The position numbers were made by a program, and so were the translations under genes. A stretch of 64,000 nt of DNA. Origin: Mobula hypostoma (taxonomy: Eukaryota). Location of the stretch: positions 235,292,001 to 235,356,000 of the forward strand of contig NC_086097.1 of the NCBI RefSeq assembly GCF_963921235.1, read 5' to 3'. Below the pieces are notes generated by a model. The model was not told where the DNA came from. It was given only the letters and a program-made list of their open reading frames with translations, and searched no databases. Of the stretch, positions 1 through 12,215 are shown piece by piece. How positions within the stretch are numbered: position 1 is the first letter of the stretch; every line of letters begins with the position of its first letter.

Positions 1-1193
1 ATATAAAGAGGCAATAGTCATGGGAGATGTCAACATGCAGGTCGATTGGGAAAATCAGGTTGGTCATAGATCTCAAGAGAATGAGTTTGTTCAAAGCCTA
101 CAAGGTGGCTTTTTAGAGCAGTTTGTAGTTGAACGTACTAGGGGATCAGTGATACTGGATTGGCTGCTTTGTAATGAACTGGATGTGATGAGGGAGCTTC
201 AGGTAAAAGAACCCTTAGGAGACAGTGATCACAATATGATTGAGTTCAACTTGAAATTTGATAGGGAGAAAGTAAAGTATCCCTATCTAATACATAGCAG
301 TATTTTGGTGGAGTAAAGGAAATTGCAGTGATATGAAAGAAGAGTTGGCCAAAGTAAATTGGAAGGAGATGCTGGCAGAGATGAGAGCAGAGCAGCAATG
401 GTGTGAGTTTCTGAGAAAAATTAGGAAGGTGCAGGATAGATGGATCACAAAAATGAAAAAAATACTCAAATGGCAAAATAGTACAACCGTGACTGACAAG
501 GGAAGTCAAAGCTAATTAAAAACTAAAGAGAGGGCATACAACAAAGTAAAAAAATAGTGGGTAGACAGAGGATTAGGATGCTTTTAAAAACCTGCTGAGA
601 GCAATAAAAGAATCATTAGGAGGGAAAAGAAGAAATATGAACACAAGCTGGCAAACAATATCAAAGTGGATAGTAACAGATTTTTCAACTATGTAAAAAA
701 ATAAGAGAGATGAGTGTGGATACAGCACCGCTAGATAAGAAGGCTGGATAAGTAATAACAGGGGACAAGGAGATGGCAGATGAATTAAATGAGCATTTTA
801 CATCAGTCTTCACTGTTGAAGACACTAGCAGGGGGCAAGGAGTTGAAGGGTGTGAGTGAAGTGAGGTGAGTGCAGTTACTATTATAAGGGAGAAAGTGCT
901 CAAAAAGCTGAAAGACCTACAGGTCACCTGGACCAGATGAACTGCACCCTAGGATTCTGAAAGAGGAAGCGGTAGAGATCTTGGAGGCTTTCAAAAACAA
1001 TTGGACTCTGTCATGGTGCCAGAGGAGTGGAGAATTGTCAGTAGTCACTCCACACTTTAAGAAGGGAGGAAGGCAGCAAAAAGGAAATTATAGACCAGTT
1101 AGCCTGACCTCAGTGGTTGGGAAGATGTTGGAGTCAATTGTTAAGGATGAAGTTATGGAGCACTTGGTGACACAGGGCAAAGTCAGTATGGTT

Positions 1194-1518
1194 AGTATTA
1201 AGAAGAAAAGAAAGTGGATAGCCAGTGCCTCTTCCCCAGGGCACCACTGCTCAATACAAGATGACATGGCTTTAAGGGGTGGGAAGTGCAAGGGGGATAT
1301 TAGAGGAAGATTTTTTACTCAGAGAGTGGTTGGTGCATGGAATACACTGCCTGAGTCAGTGGTGGAGGCAGATACACTAGTGAAATTTAAGAGACTATTA
1401 GACAGGTATATGGAGGAATTTAAGGTGGGGGGTTATTTGGAAGGCAGGGTTTAAGGGTTGGCACAACATTGTGGGCCGAAGGGCCTGTACTGTGCTGTAC
1501 TATTCTATGTTCTATGTT
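1194..1518 (+). mobile_element. 5'-truncated young CR1 3' end inserted in the older CR1
   Basis: Encodes GDIRGRFFTQRVVGAWNTLPESVVEADTLVKFKRLLDRYM and ends in a (TTCTATG)n tail. The host CR1 motif (S)Q(H)GFLKGKSCLTNL is split around it. Same family as 22700-23412 and 39850-40170. Confidence 0.88.
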
Positions 1519-1979
1519 TCCTTAAGGGAAAATCTTGCCTTACAAACCTGTTGGAATTCTTTGAAGTGATTACACATAGAATAGATAAAGGGGATGCAGT
1601 GGATATTGTGTATTTGGACTTCCAGAAGGCCTTTGACAAGGTGTCACATGTGAGGCTACTTACCAAATTAAGAGCCCATGGTATTACAAGAAAGTTACTA
1701 AGATGGTTAGAGCATTGGTTGATTGTTAGAAGACAGTGAGTGGGAATAAAGGGATCGTTTTCTGGTTGGCTGCCAGTGACTAGTGGTATTCCACAGGGGT
1801 TAGGGGTTGGGGTGGAGACCGTTTCTTTTTAAGCTGTATATCAATGATATAGATGATGGAATAGATATCTTTGTTGCCAAGTTTTCAGATGATATGAAGA
1901 TATGAAGGAGGGGCAGGTAGTGCTGAGGAAACAGGTAGGACTTAAACAGATTAAGAGAATAGGCAAGAGAGTGGCAAAT

Positions 1980-3230
1980 AGAAACATAGAAACATAGAAA
2001 ATAGGTGCAGGAGTAGGCCATTCGGCCCTTCGAGCCTGCACCGCCATTTATTATGATCATGGCTGATCATCCAACTCAGAACCCCGCCCCAGCCTTCCCT
2101 CCATACCCCCTGACCCCCGTAGCCACAAGGGCCATATCTAACTCCCTCTCAAATATAGCCAATGAACTGGCCTCAACAGTTTCCTGTGGCAGAGAATTCC
2201 ACAGATTCACCACTCTCTGTGTGAAGAAGTTTTTCCTAATCTCGGTCCTAAAAGGCTTCCCCTCTATCCTCAAACTGTGACCCCTCATTCTGGACTTCCC
2301 CAACATCGGGAACAATCTTCCTGCATCTAGCCTGTCCAATCCCTTTATGATCTTATACGTTTCAATCAGATCCCCCCTCAATCTTCTAAATTCCAACGAG
2401 TACAAGCCCAATTCATCCAGTCTTTCTTCATATGAAAGTCCCGCCATCCCAGGAATCAATCTGGTGAACCTTCTTTGTACTCCCTCTATGGCAAAGATGT
2501 CTTTCCTCAGATTAGGGGACCAAAACTGCACACAATACTCCAGGTGTGGTCTCACCAAGGCCTTGTACAACTGCAGTAGTACCTCCCTGCTCCTGTACTC
2601 GAATCCTCTCGCTATAAATGCCAGCATACCATTCGCCTTTTTCACCGCCTGCTGTACCTGCATGCCCACTTTCAATGACTGGTGTATAATGACACCCAGG
2701 TCTCGTTGCACCTCCCCTTTTCCTAATCGGCCACCATTCAGATAATAATCTGTTTTCCTATTTTTGCCACCAAAGTGGATAACTTCACATTTATCCACAT
2801 TAAATTGCATCTGCCATGAATTTGCCCACTCACCCAACCTATCCAAGTCACCCTGCATCCTCTTAGCATCCTCCTCACTGCTAACACTGCCACCCAGCTT
2901 CGTGTCATCCGCAAACTTGGAGATGCTGCATTTAATTCCCTCATCCAAGTCATTAATATATATTGTAAACAACTGGGGTCCCAGCATTGAGCCTTGCGGT
3001 ACCCCACTAGTCACCGCCTGCCATTCTGAAAAGGTCCCATTTATTCCCACTCTTTGCTTCCTGTCTGCTAACCAATTCTCCACCCACACCAATACCTTAC
3101 CCCCAATACCGTGTGCTTTAAGTTTGCACACTAATCTCCTGTGTGGGACCTTGTCAAAAGCAAATATACCACATCCACTGGTTCTCCCCTATCCACTCTA
3201 CTAGTTACATCCTCAAAAAATTCTATGAGA
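1980..3230 (-). mobile_element. Young 5'-truncated CR1 LINE, antisense insertion
   Basis: (TTTCTATG)n tail at 1980-2000 on the minus strand. Host codons TGGCAAAT|GAAATACAATG (WQMKYNV) are split on either side. Confidence 0.93.
2076..3131 (-). CDS. CR1 ORF2 C-terminal half (reverse transcriptase), 351 aa open remnant
   Basis: SGVPQGSMLGPQLF, KFADDTKLGG and LVRPHLEYCVQFWSP motifs. Truncated at the N-terminus. Confidence 0.9.
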   Translation of the reverse strand: MCKLKAHGIGGKVLVWVENWLADRKQRVGINGTFSEWQAVTSGVPQGSMLGPQLFTIYINDLDEGIKCSISKFADDTKLGGSVSSEEDAKRMQGDLDRLGEWANSWQMQFNVDKCEVIHFGGKNRKTDYYLNGGRLGKGEVQRDLGVIIHQSLKVGMQVQQAVKKANGMLAFIARGFEYRSREVLLQLYKALVRPHLEYCVQFWSPNLRKDIFAIEGVQRRFTRLIPGMAGLSYEERLDELGLYSLEFRRLRGDLIETYKIIKGLDRLDAGRLFPMLGKSRMRGHSLRIEGKPFRTEIRKNFFTQRVVNLWNSLPQETVEASSLAIFERELDMALVATGVRGYGGKAGAGF

Positions 3231-4064
3231 ATGAAATACAATGTTGCAAAATGCCTTGTCATGCAGTTTGATAGCAGAAATAAATGTGCAGATTACTTTG
3301 TAAATGGGGAGAAAATCTAATAATCTGAGATGCAAAGGGACTTGGGAGTCCTTGTGCAGAGCACTTTAATGGTTAGTTTGCAGGTAGATTCAGTGGTGAG
3401 GAAGACAAATGCAATGTTAATATTCATTTCAAGAGGTCTAGAATACAAGAGCAGGGATGTGATGCTGAGGCTTTATAAGGAAATGGTAAGGCCTTACCTT
3501 GAGTATCGTGAACAGTTTTGGGTTCCTTATCTAAGAAAAGATGTGCTGGCATTGGAGAAGTTTCAGAGGAGGTTCACAAGGATGATTCTGGGAGTGAAAG
3601 TATTATCATATGAGGAATGATAGCTCTGTGTCTGTACTCGCTGGAATTCAGAAGGATGAATGGGGTTTCACGGAAAATTTTGAATGTTGAAAGACTTAGA
3701 TAGAGTCGATGTGGAAAGGATGTTTCCCACAGTGGGAGAGTCTAGGACAAAAGGGTACAGCCTCAAGACAGAGGGGTGTCCATTTAATACAGAGAGCCGG
3801 AGACATTTCTTTAGCCAGAGGTTGGTGAATTGGTGGAATTTTTTTTACCACAGGCAGCTGTGGAGGCCAGGTCGTTGAGTGTATTTAAAGCAGAGCTTGA
3901 TAGGTTCTTGATTGGACATGACATCCAAGGTTATAGGGAGAAGGTTGGGGAGTGGGGCTGAGGAGGGGGCACACTGATCTGCCTTGATTGAATGGTGGAG
4001 TAGACTGAATGGACCAAATGCCCTATTTCTGCTCCTATGTCTTATGGTTTTATGGTCTTATGGT

Positions 4065-5450
4065 ATGGGGCATTGAGTCATATGCTTTCTGGTAGTCGAT
4101 CCAGGCTGTGCTTAGGTTAGTTTGTCTAACCTTGGAGGCTCGCATGACTGCTTTGTCTACCAGTAGTTGGTGCTTGGAGCCTCTGGTTCCATTATCAAGA
4201 CACTTATGAGCAGGGCTCAGGAATTTACACATCTTCCTTCAACCTGGTAGCTATGATACCTGATATAAGCTTCCATGTTGTTGACAGGTAGGTTCTAGGC
4301 CGGTAGTTTGATGGTATTAGTCCTTTGGGAGGATTCTTCATTATAAGTACTGTGCTTCCTTGAGTTACCAAGTCAGGGTGGGAGTCTGCTTCAAGCAGCT
4401 GATTCATTTGAGCTGCCAGCCATGTTCTTCCTCTGGGAGGTTGCAGAGGTTTGCTTGTAGGTCTTTCAGCCATTGGGCACTGGTGTTATGTGATGCTTCT
4501 TTCTCCCATATACTCTTCCAGTACCCCTCAGTTGCTGTTTTGATTGGTTCAGGTACTGGTATGTTGTTGCTCTGGAACTGTGCAAATACTTTTCCTGGTT
4601 TTTTGGAGAAGAGTGCATTTATTCACTTGGCCTCTACTTTCTCAGTGTACCTCTGTAGTCTGGTAGCCAGAGCTGTTAACTCTTACTTGGCAGTTTCCAA
4701 GGTTTCGGCTATGGACATACCCCTGTACTTCCTTAGTAGCCCTAATGAGTCTTCGGTCTTCCCACCTTTCTGCAGCTCAGTCTGTTGACCTCTGCCCTTG
4801 TGGTTTTTATCTTGGCTTCCTATGGTTGTCTCCAGAGAGTGTTAAAACAGTGCTTTCCACTGTATTTCATTTTGTAGACTAGCATTTCTAGGCCTGCTGC
4901 TGCCAATGCATGTATTAGGTTATTGGTCACAGTTATGTTGGAGGTTGAAATTGGGAGTAATGCTTCATGGCTGCTTCTAGCCTGCTGTTTGATGCAATTT
5001 TATCACTATGTCTGGGGAGCTCAGTTCATTGATTGTTTGACAGTCACCAGTTTAGCCATGACCTTCTCTCTGATTGCAGCAGCAAGCATCGATATGACCC
5101 GAGGTGAGTTTCGAACTTGCATTTCCCGCATACAAGATGATGCAATTATCTTCATATCCCACCGCCGCAACTACCTGGGAGTTATGGATGTTGGATTTGA
5201 AATCATATTTCCCAATCGGCTCGGTTCTGCGGGTGATTTTGCTGTGGTGCATCGTGATTCAAGATGTGTTAGCAATCCTCTGTTGACAATGTTTGATTGC
5301 TGGGCAACCAGATGTTCTTCCATGAATGTGGACAACTTCAGGAACTGTCCAGGCTCTGCGGCACAGGGGTCCAGGGTTCAGGTCCTGGTGGCGGTGGCCG
5401 GGTAGGGGTCTTGGGCTGGATCTCACGTGCTTACACTACATCCGTCCACA
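4065..5450 (-). mobile_element. Degenerate R4/Dong(Rex6)-like non-LTR retrotransposon fragment, cut by the CR1 inside its RT
   Basis: Minus-strand peptides PSNYRPRTYLSTTWKLISGIIA and GTRGSKHQLLVDKAV...NLSTAWIDYQKAYDSMPH differ from the CR1, L1 and Rex RTs here and resemble R4-clade RT as I recall it. Confidence 0.7.
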
Positions 5451-5621
5451 AAATACTCGGGATGAGAGCAACAAGAAACAGAAGAGTCATGCCGACTTGG
5501 ACATTGCCCAGATTAAGATGATCTATGTCAATGTTTGGGAACCGGGAACATCTGGAAAGAAACTGGCTACCGGAACAAACCATTAATGAACAAGACTGGG
5601 CAACATGGAATTAATGGAATA

Positions 5622-7258
5622 CAGAGTGTCTTTAAAAGTACTCACTCCACCCTCTTGGAAGTTTTCATGTTTTATTGCTTTACAACATTGAATCACAGTG
5701 GATTTAATTTGGCTTTCTTGATACTGATAAATAGAAAGTCTTTTTCGTGTCAAAATGAAAATGGATCTCTACAAAATTAATTACACATATAAAACATAAA
5801 ATAATTAATTGCTTAAGTATTCACCCCCTTCAAGTCAGTATTCAGTAGATGAACCTTTGGCAAAAATTAGAGCCTTGAGTCTGTGTGGATAGGTCTCTTA
5901 TCAGCTTTGCACATCTGGCCACTGAATTTTTTCCCCAATTCATCTTTACAAAACTGCTCAAGCTCTGTCAGATTGTATTGGGATCACGAGTAAAAAGCCC
6001 TTTTCAAGTCCAAACACAAATTCTCAATTGGATTGTGGGTCTGGACTCTGACTTGGCCACTCCGGGATATTACCTTTGTTGTTTTTAAGCCATTACTGTG
6101 TAGTTTTGGCTTTATGCTTGGGGCCATTGTCTTGCTGGAAAACAAACCTTCTCCCAAGTTGCAGCTCTCTTGCAGACTGCATCAGTTTTAACTGCAGGAT
6201 TTCCTTGTATTTTGCTGCATTCTTTTTACCTCCTACCTTAACAAGCCTTCCAGTGCTTTCTGCAATGAAGTATTCCAACAGCTTGATACAGCTACCACCA
6301 TGCTTCACGGTAGGGATGGTGTGTTTTTGATGATGAGCAGTGTTTGGATTATGCCAAACATAATGTTAAGTCTGATGGCCAAAAAACTCTATTTTGGTTT
6401 CATTAAACCATATTACCTTCTCCCAGCTAACTTCAGAGTTTCCCACATGCCTTCTGGCAAAATCTAGCTGAGATGTCATGTGATTTTTTTCAACAGTGGC
6501 TGGCTTTCTCTTTGCCACTCTTCCATAAAGCTACGACTGGTGAAGCACCTGGGAAACATTTGTTGTATGTGCAGTCTCTCCCATCTCAGACACTGAAACT
6601 TGTAGCTACTCCAAAGTTGTTATAGGTCACTTGGTGGCTTCCCTCATTAGTTCCCTTCTTGCTCAGTCACTCAGTTTTTGAGGACAGCCTGCTCTGAGAA
6701 GATTTACAGCTGTGTCAAATTCTTTCCATTTCTTGATGATTGACTTAACTGTACTCCAAGGGATATTCAGTGACTTGTAAATTTTCTTGTATCCATCTCC
6801 AGAATTGTGCTTTTTAATAGTCTTTTTGCAGAGTTGCTTGGAATGTTCTTTTGTCTTCATGATGTAGTTTTTGCCAGGATACTGACTCACCAGCAGTTGG
6901 ACCTTCCAAATACAGATATATTTTCACTGTAATCAATTGAAACACCTTGATTGCACACAGGTGATCACCATTTAACTAATTATGTGACTTCCAGAACCAA
7001 CTAGTTGCATCACTGATGATTTGATGTGTCGTAATGAAGGCGGTGAATACTTATGCAATCAATTATTTTGTGTTTTATATGTGTAGTTAATTTTGTAGGG
7101 ATCTGCTTTCACTTTAACATGGAAGAGACTTTTTCTGTTGATCAGTGTCAAAAAAAGCCAAATTAAATCCACTGTGATTCAACATTATAAAACAATAAAA
7201 CTTGAAAACTTCTGCGGGGGTTTGGGTGGGGGCTGGTGGATACTTTCTATAAGCAATA
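5622..7258 (-). mobile_element. Tc1-like DNA transposon with both ends (~1.64 kb), degenerate, long ~210-bp TIRs
   Basis: TA at 5620-21 and 7259-60. 5622-5832 is an imperfect inverted repeat of ~7035-7258. Transposase remnants lie on the minus strand. Confidence 0.9.
5850..6860 (-). pseudogene. Tc1 (DD34E-type) transposase pseudogene
   Basis: HTH region MKTKEHSKQL...GDGYKKIYKSLNIPWSTVKSIIKKWK and catalytic region KHGG...RFVFQQDNGPKHKAK. Frameshifted, with stops. Confidence 0.85.
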
Positions 7259-7274
7259 TATATAGGCAATATTT

Positions 7275-7580
7275 TTTTTCCATTGAGATAGAATGAGAAC
7301 AGAACTAGAAGTCATGGGTTAAGGGTGAAAGGTGAAAGGGTTTAATGGTAACATGAAGGGGAACTTCTTCATCAGAGGGTGTGGAATGAGCTGTCAGTGG
7401 AAGTGGTGGATTCTTGTTCGCTTTCAACATTTAGCAGAAGTTTGGATAGATACATGGCTGGGAGCGGTATGGAGGGATTTGGTATGGGTGCAGTATGAAG
7501 GAACTAGGCAGAGTTATATTTTATCATGGACTAAATGGACAGAAGCACCTTTTTTTTCTGTGGTGTTGTAAGACTCTAAG
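7275..7580 (+). mobile_element. Highly degenerate CR1 3' fragment
   Basis: GGGTTAAGGGTGAAAGG...GGGAACTTCTTC...TGGAATGAGCTG resembles the CR1 3' ends elsewhere in the window. Confidence 0.65.
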
Positions 7581-8824
7581 AAGGCATTCTCACTAAAAAG
7601 TTGTTTGTTTCAACAAACAACATTTCACAGCTTCAATGTGAAACATAGATAAACCTCAAAGTTTGAAGATCTACACTCAATACTTGAAGAGTACTTTCTT
7701 TCCCTCTGCCATCAGATTTCTGAATGATCCATGAATTCATGGACACTCGCTCAATATTCTTCTTTTGTACTATTGATTTATTTGAAACTTATAGCATTTT
7801 TTATAACTTCTACTGTCCTGCTACTGCAAAACATCAAATTTCAAATTTCAATTTCATACATTTGTGATAATAAATCTGATTCTCATTTGTACATTCAGCG
7901 AAACAGTTGGTGCTATTTTTACAAGGGAGCTTAGATGGAAAACAATGGCACATAGGGGCTGTGTTCTTTATAACTACTCTATGACCTTTTGTAATAACCA
8001 ATGATATATGCACTGCAAGGCACATTGTCTATTGAAACTCACTGTCAAAGTTTAAACTTGAAGGATTTCAACCCCACCCTTGGGCATGTGACAGTCCCTC
8101 ATAATGTGGAAGTCCAATTGACCAACAAAAAGGAAAACTGATTTAAATCTGTTGAATATTATGTAGTTGCAACTACATTACATATTCTGAAGTAAAAGTG
8201 TCAGAAACCTTCCAAATCAGACCGGGCATGTGGTTTTCATTGAGCAAATTGCACATGTGATTATTCAAGTTTTATGAAGTGTGAAATTTACCATTTGTAA
8301 AATGGGTCCTTTTAGTTCAGTGCCAGTAATCATCCGTCACTGTGTTAAATTCACCTCAAATATGCGGGGTGACATTTTCAGTTTCTACAAAGAATATATA
8401 ACATTTTCCAGTAGTTAGTAGCTCCTGGGGTAATGGAATCTTTTCTAGAACTTGTATTTTTTTCACTCTTGATATAAGGTCCATGAAGAAATTCGGGTCG
8501 TAGCATTCTGTAGGAAAATCAATGAGGGTATTTCTCTTTATATCAACATTTCATTATTTTAAAATTGGTATTACATCTTTTCATTACAAAAATATCATGT
8601 TGTGGTGTCTAGAGCATACTTTTGTTTTGATGCTTACACAAACTTCAGGACTGAGATAGGACTGTAAATGGAATACCATTTATTGAAGGCTGTTACTCTC
8701 ACTAAAATAGAGGTCTGGGTATCATTCATATCGTGTAAGTGAAATCAGAAGTTAAAGATACCTTGCACTGTACTGCTTCCACTTTAAAAAGAGAATACAC
8801 CCATAAAATCAATTAATTTATAAA

Positions 8825-9490
8825 AGACCATAAAACTTAGGCCCAGAATTAGGCCATTTAGCCCATAAAGTCTGCTCGACCTTTTCATCATGGCTGATCC
8901 ATCTCCCTCTCAGTCCCCTTCAACCTGACATCAAGAATCTATCAGCCTCTGTCTTAAACACACTAAATACTTTGCCTCTACAGTGCCTGTGGCAACAAAT
9001 TCCACAGATTCACCACCCTCTGGCTAAAGAAATTCCTCCTCATTTCCGTTCTAAATGGATGTCCCGCTATTCTGAGATTAAGCCCTCTGGTTTTAGCATC
9101 CTCCACCATATGTTCTTCATATTTTCAACATTAATTCTATTTTATTCAATATTTGATAGGTTTCCATGAGATCCCCCTCATTCTTCTAAATTCCAGCATG
9201 TACAGGCTCAGAGCCATCAACTGTTCCTCAAATGTTGACCCTTTAATCCCTGGGATCATTCTTGTTAACCTCCTTTGAACCCTCTCCAATATCAATATCC
9301 TTTCTTGGAAAACTAAGATCAAAACTGTTCACAATTCTCAAAGTGAGGCCTCACCAGTGCCTTTTAAAGATTCAGCATTACATTCCTGTTTTTATATTCC
9401 AGTCCTCTCGAAATTAATGCTGACATTGCATTTGCCTTCCCTAACACAGACTTGACCTGCAAGTTAACCTTTAGGAAATCCTGTATGGTG
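8825..9490 (-). mobile_element. Degenerate CR1 3' fragment
   Basis: Reverse complement resembles the 3' part of the 1-4064 family (e.g. TTCCACAGATTCACCACCCTCTGGCTAAAG). Tail remnant at ~8825. Confidence 0.75.
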
Positions 9491-9592
9491 CGTCATTTTT
9501 CCATGCAGGCTTGGATTTAGGGACAATTAATGTCGAAGAATCACAGAGTTTGCAGAAGGACTTGTACTGATTAGGAGAACGGACAAAGAAGT

Positions 9593-11965
9593 TTAGATGG
9601 TTTAGAGTTTGTAAAATGTGTTCAGGAAAGTTTTCTAAATCAATATATAGAGGGACCAACTAGAGGGAATGCAATATTGGATCTCCTGTTCGGAAACGAG
9701 TTAGGACAAGTGACAGAAGTCTGTGTAGGGGAGCACTTTGGTTCCAGTGATCATAACACCATTAGTTTCAACTTGATCATGGACAAGGATAGATCTGGTC
9801 CTAGGGTTGAGGTTCTTAACTGGAAGAAGGCCAAATTTGAAGAAATGAGAAAGGATCTAAAAAGTGTGGATTGGGATAGGTTGTTCTCTGGCATGAATGT
9901 GATCGGTAGGTGGGAAACCTTCAAAGGAGAAATTTTGAGAGTGCAGAATCTGTATGTTCCTGTCAGGATTAAAGGCAAGGTGAATAGGAATAAGGAACCT
10001 TGGTTCTCAAGGGATATTGCAACTCTGATAAAGAAGAAGAGGGAGTTGTATGACGTATATAGGAAGCAGGGAGTAAATAAGGTGCTTGAGGAGTATAAGA
10101 AGTGCAAGAAAATACTTAAGAAAGAAATCAGGAGGGCTAAAAGAAGACATGAGGTTGCCTTGGCAGTCAAAATGAATGATAATCCAAAGAGCTTTTACAG
10201 GTATATTAAGAGCAAAAGGATTGTAAGGGATAAAATTGGTCCTCTTGAAGTCTTAAATAGGTTTTTTGTGTCTGTATTTACTAAGGAAACTGGCATGAAG
10301 TCTATGGAATTAAGGGAATCAAGTAGTGAGACCATGGAAACTGTACAGATTGAAAAGGAGGAGGTGCTTGCTGTCTTGAGGAAAATTAAAGTGGATAAAT
10401 CCCCAGGACCTGACAGGGTGTTCCCTCGGACCTTGAAGGAGACTAGTGTTGAAATTGCAGGGGCCCTGGCTGAAATATTTAAAATGTCGCTGTCTACAAG
10501 TGAGGTGCCAGAGGATTGGAGAGTGGCTCATGTTGTTCCGTTGTTTAAAAAAGGATCGAAAAGTAATCCGGGAGATTATAGGCCAGTAAGTTTAACGTCA
10601 GTAGTAGGTAAGTTATTGGAGGGAGTACTAAGAGACAGAATCTACAAGCATTTGGATAGACTAGGACTTATTAGGGAGAGTCAACATGGCTTTGTGCGTG
10701 GTAGGTCATGTTTGACCAATCTATTGGAGTTTTTCGAGGAGGTTACCAGGAAAGTGGATGAAGGGAAGGCAGTGGATATTGCCTACATGGACTTCAGTAA
10801 GGCCTTTGACAAGGTCCCGCATGGGAGGTTAGTTAGGAAAATTCAGTCGCTAGGTATACATGGAGAGGTGGTAAATTGGATTAGACATTGGCTCGATGGA
10901 AGAAGCCAGAGAGTGGTGGTAGAGAGTTGCTTCTCTGAGTGGAGGCCTGTGACTAGTGGTGTGCCACAGGGATCAGTGCTGGGTCCATTGTTATTTGTCA
11001 TCTATATCAATGATCTGGATGATAATGCGGTAAATTGGATCAGCAAGTTTGCTGATGATACAAAGATTGGAGGTGTAGTCGACAGTGAGGAAGGTTTTCA
11101 GAGCCTGCAGAGGGACTTGTACCAGCTGGAAAAATGGGCTAAAAAATGGCAGATGGAGTTTAATACTGACAAGTGTGAGGTATTGCACGTTGGAAGGACA
11201 AACCAAGGTAGAACATACAGGGTTAATGATAAGGCACTGGGGAATACAGTGGAACAGAGGGATCTGGGAATACAGATACAAAATTCCCTAAAAGTGGTGT
11301 CACAGGTAGATAGGGTCGTAAAGAGAGCTTTTGGTACATTGGCCTTTATTAATCAAAGTATTGAGTATAAGAGCTAGAATGTTATGATGAGGTTGTATAC
11401 GGCATTGGTGAGGCCGAATCTGGAGTATTGTGTTCAGTTTTGGTCACCAAATTGCAGGAACGATATAAGTAAGGTTGAAAGAGTGCAGAGAAGGTTTACA
11501 AGGATGTTGCCGGGACTTGAGAAACTCAGTTACAGAGAAAGGTTGAATAGGTTAGGACTTTATTCCCTGGAGCGTAGAAGAATGAGGGGAGATTTGATAG
11601 AGGTATATAAAATTATGATGGGTATAGATAGAGTGAATGCAAGCAGGCTTTTTCCACTGAGGCAAGGGGAGAAAAAAACCAGAGGACATGGGTTAAGGGT
11701 GAGGGGGGAAAAGTTTAAAGGGAACATTAGGAGGGGCTTCTTCACACAGAGAGTGGTGGGAGTATGGAATGAGCTGCCAGACGAGGTGGTAAATGTGGGT
11801 TCTTTATTAACATTTAAGAATAAACTGGACAGATACATGGATGGGAGGTGTATGGAGGGATATGGTCCGTGTGCAGGTCAGTGGGACTAGGCAGAAAATG
11901 GTTTGGCACAGCCAAGAAGGGCCAAAAGGCCTGTTTCTGTGCTGTAGTTTCTATGGTTTCTATGG
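9593..11965 (+). mobile_element. Young 5'-truncated CR1 LINE with nearly intact ORF2
   Basis: One frame from 9593 to 11890 broken only by a TAG at 11375-77. (TTTCTATGG)n tail. Confidence 0.95.
9677..11890 (+). pseudogene. CR1 ORF2 (APE C-terminus + RT), 566 aa + 168 aa separated by a single stop
   Basis: FGSSDHNTISF, DKSPGPD, YRPVSLTSVVGK, MDFSKAFDKVPH, GVPQGSVLGP, KFADD, LVRPNLEYCVQFWSP. Confidence 0.92.
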
Positions 11966-12215
11966 AATACAGTGTACAGAAATGTATGGCACTTGTGTTA
12001 AATGAATATTTTCTAAATGGGGATGAAGTTCAGAAATTAGAAGTGCAAATGAACTTCAGGGTCCTCATGCAGGATTCTTTAAAGGTTACCTTAGAGGTTA
12101 AGTCAGTAGTAAGGAAGATGAATGCAACGTCAGTAGTCATTTGAAAAGAACTACTATATAACAGCAAAAATATAATCCTGTGACCATGTGACACATTAGT
12201 CAGACTACACTTGGA

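Larger units (their letters stand above)
1..4064 (+). mobile_element. Old degenerate CR1 LINE (ORF2 endonuclease end, RT, 3' UTR), interrupted by two younger CR1 insertions
   Basis: Fragmentary ORFs carry CR1 ORF2 motifs in order: LGDSDHNMIEF (20-316), NYRPVSLTSVVGKMLE, SCLTNLLEFFE...VYLDFQKAFDKV, RDLGVLV...VRPYLEY. Ends in a (TCTTATGG)-type tail at ~4037-4064. Begins before the window. Confidence 0.92.

Noticed and set aside
981..1454. 157-aa ORF as a novel protein
   Set aside because: Chance read-through from the old CR1 into an inserted CR1 3' end.
2347..3204. Plus-strand ORFs of 132 and 146 aa
   Set aside because: Antisense shadows of the CR1 RT on the minus strand. The same applies to 9751-10170, 41811-42263 and similar ORFs.
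4923..5405. 160-aa plus-strand ORF
   Set aside because: Lies antisense to the R4-like element and has no recognisable domain.
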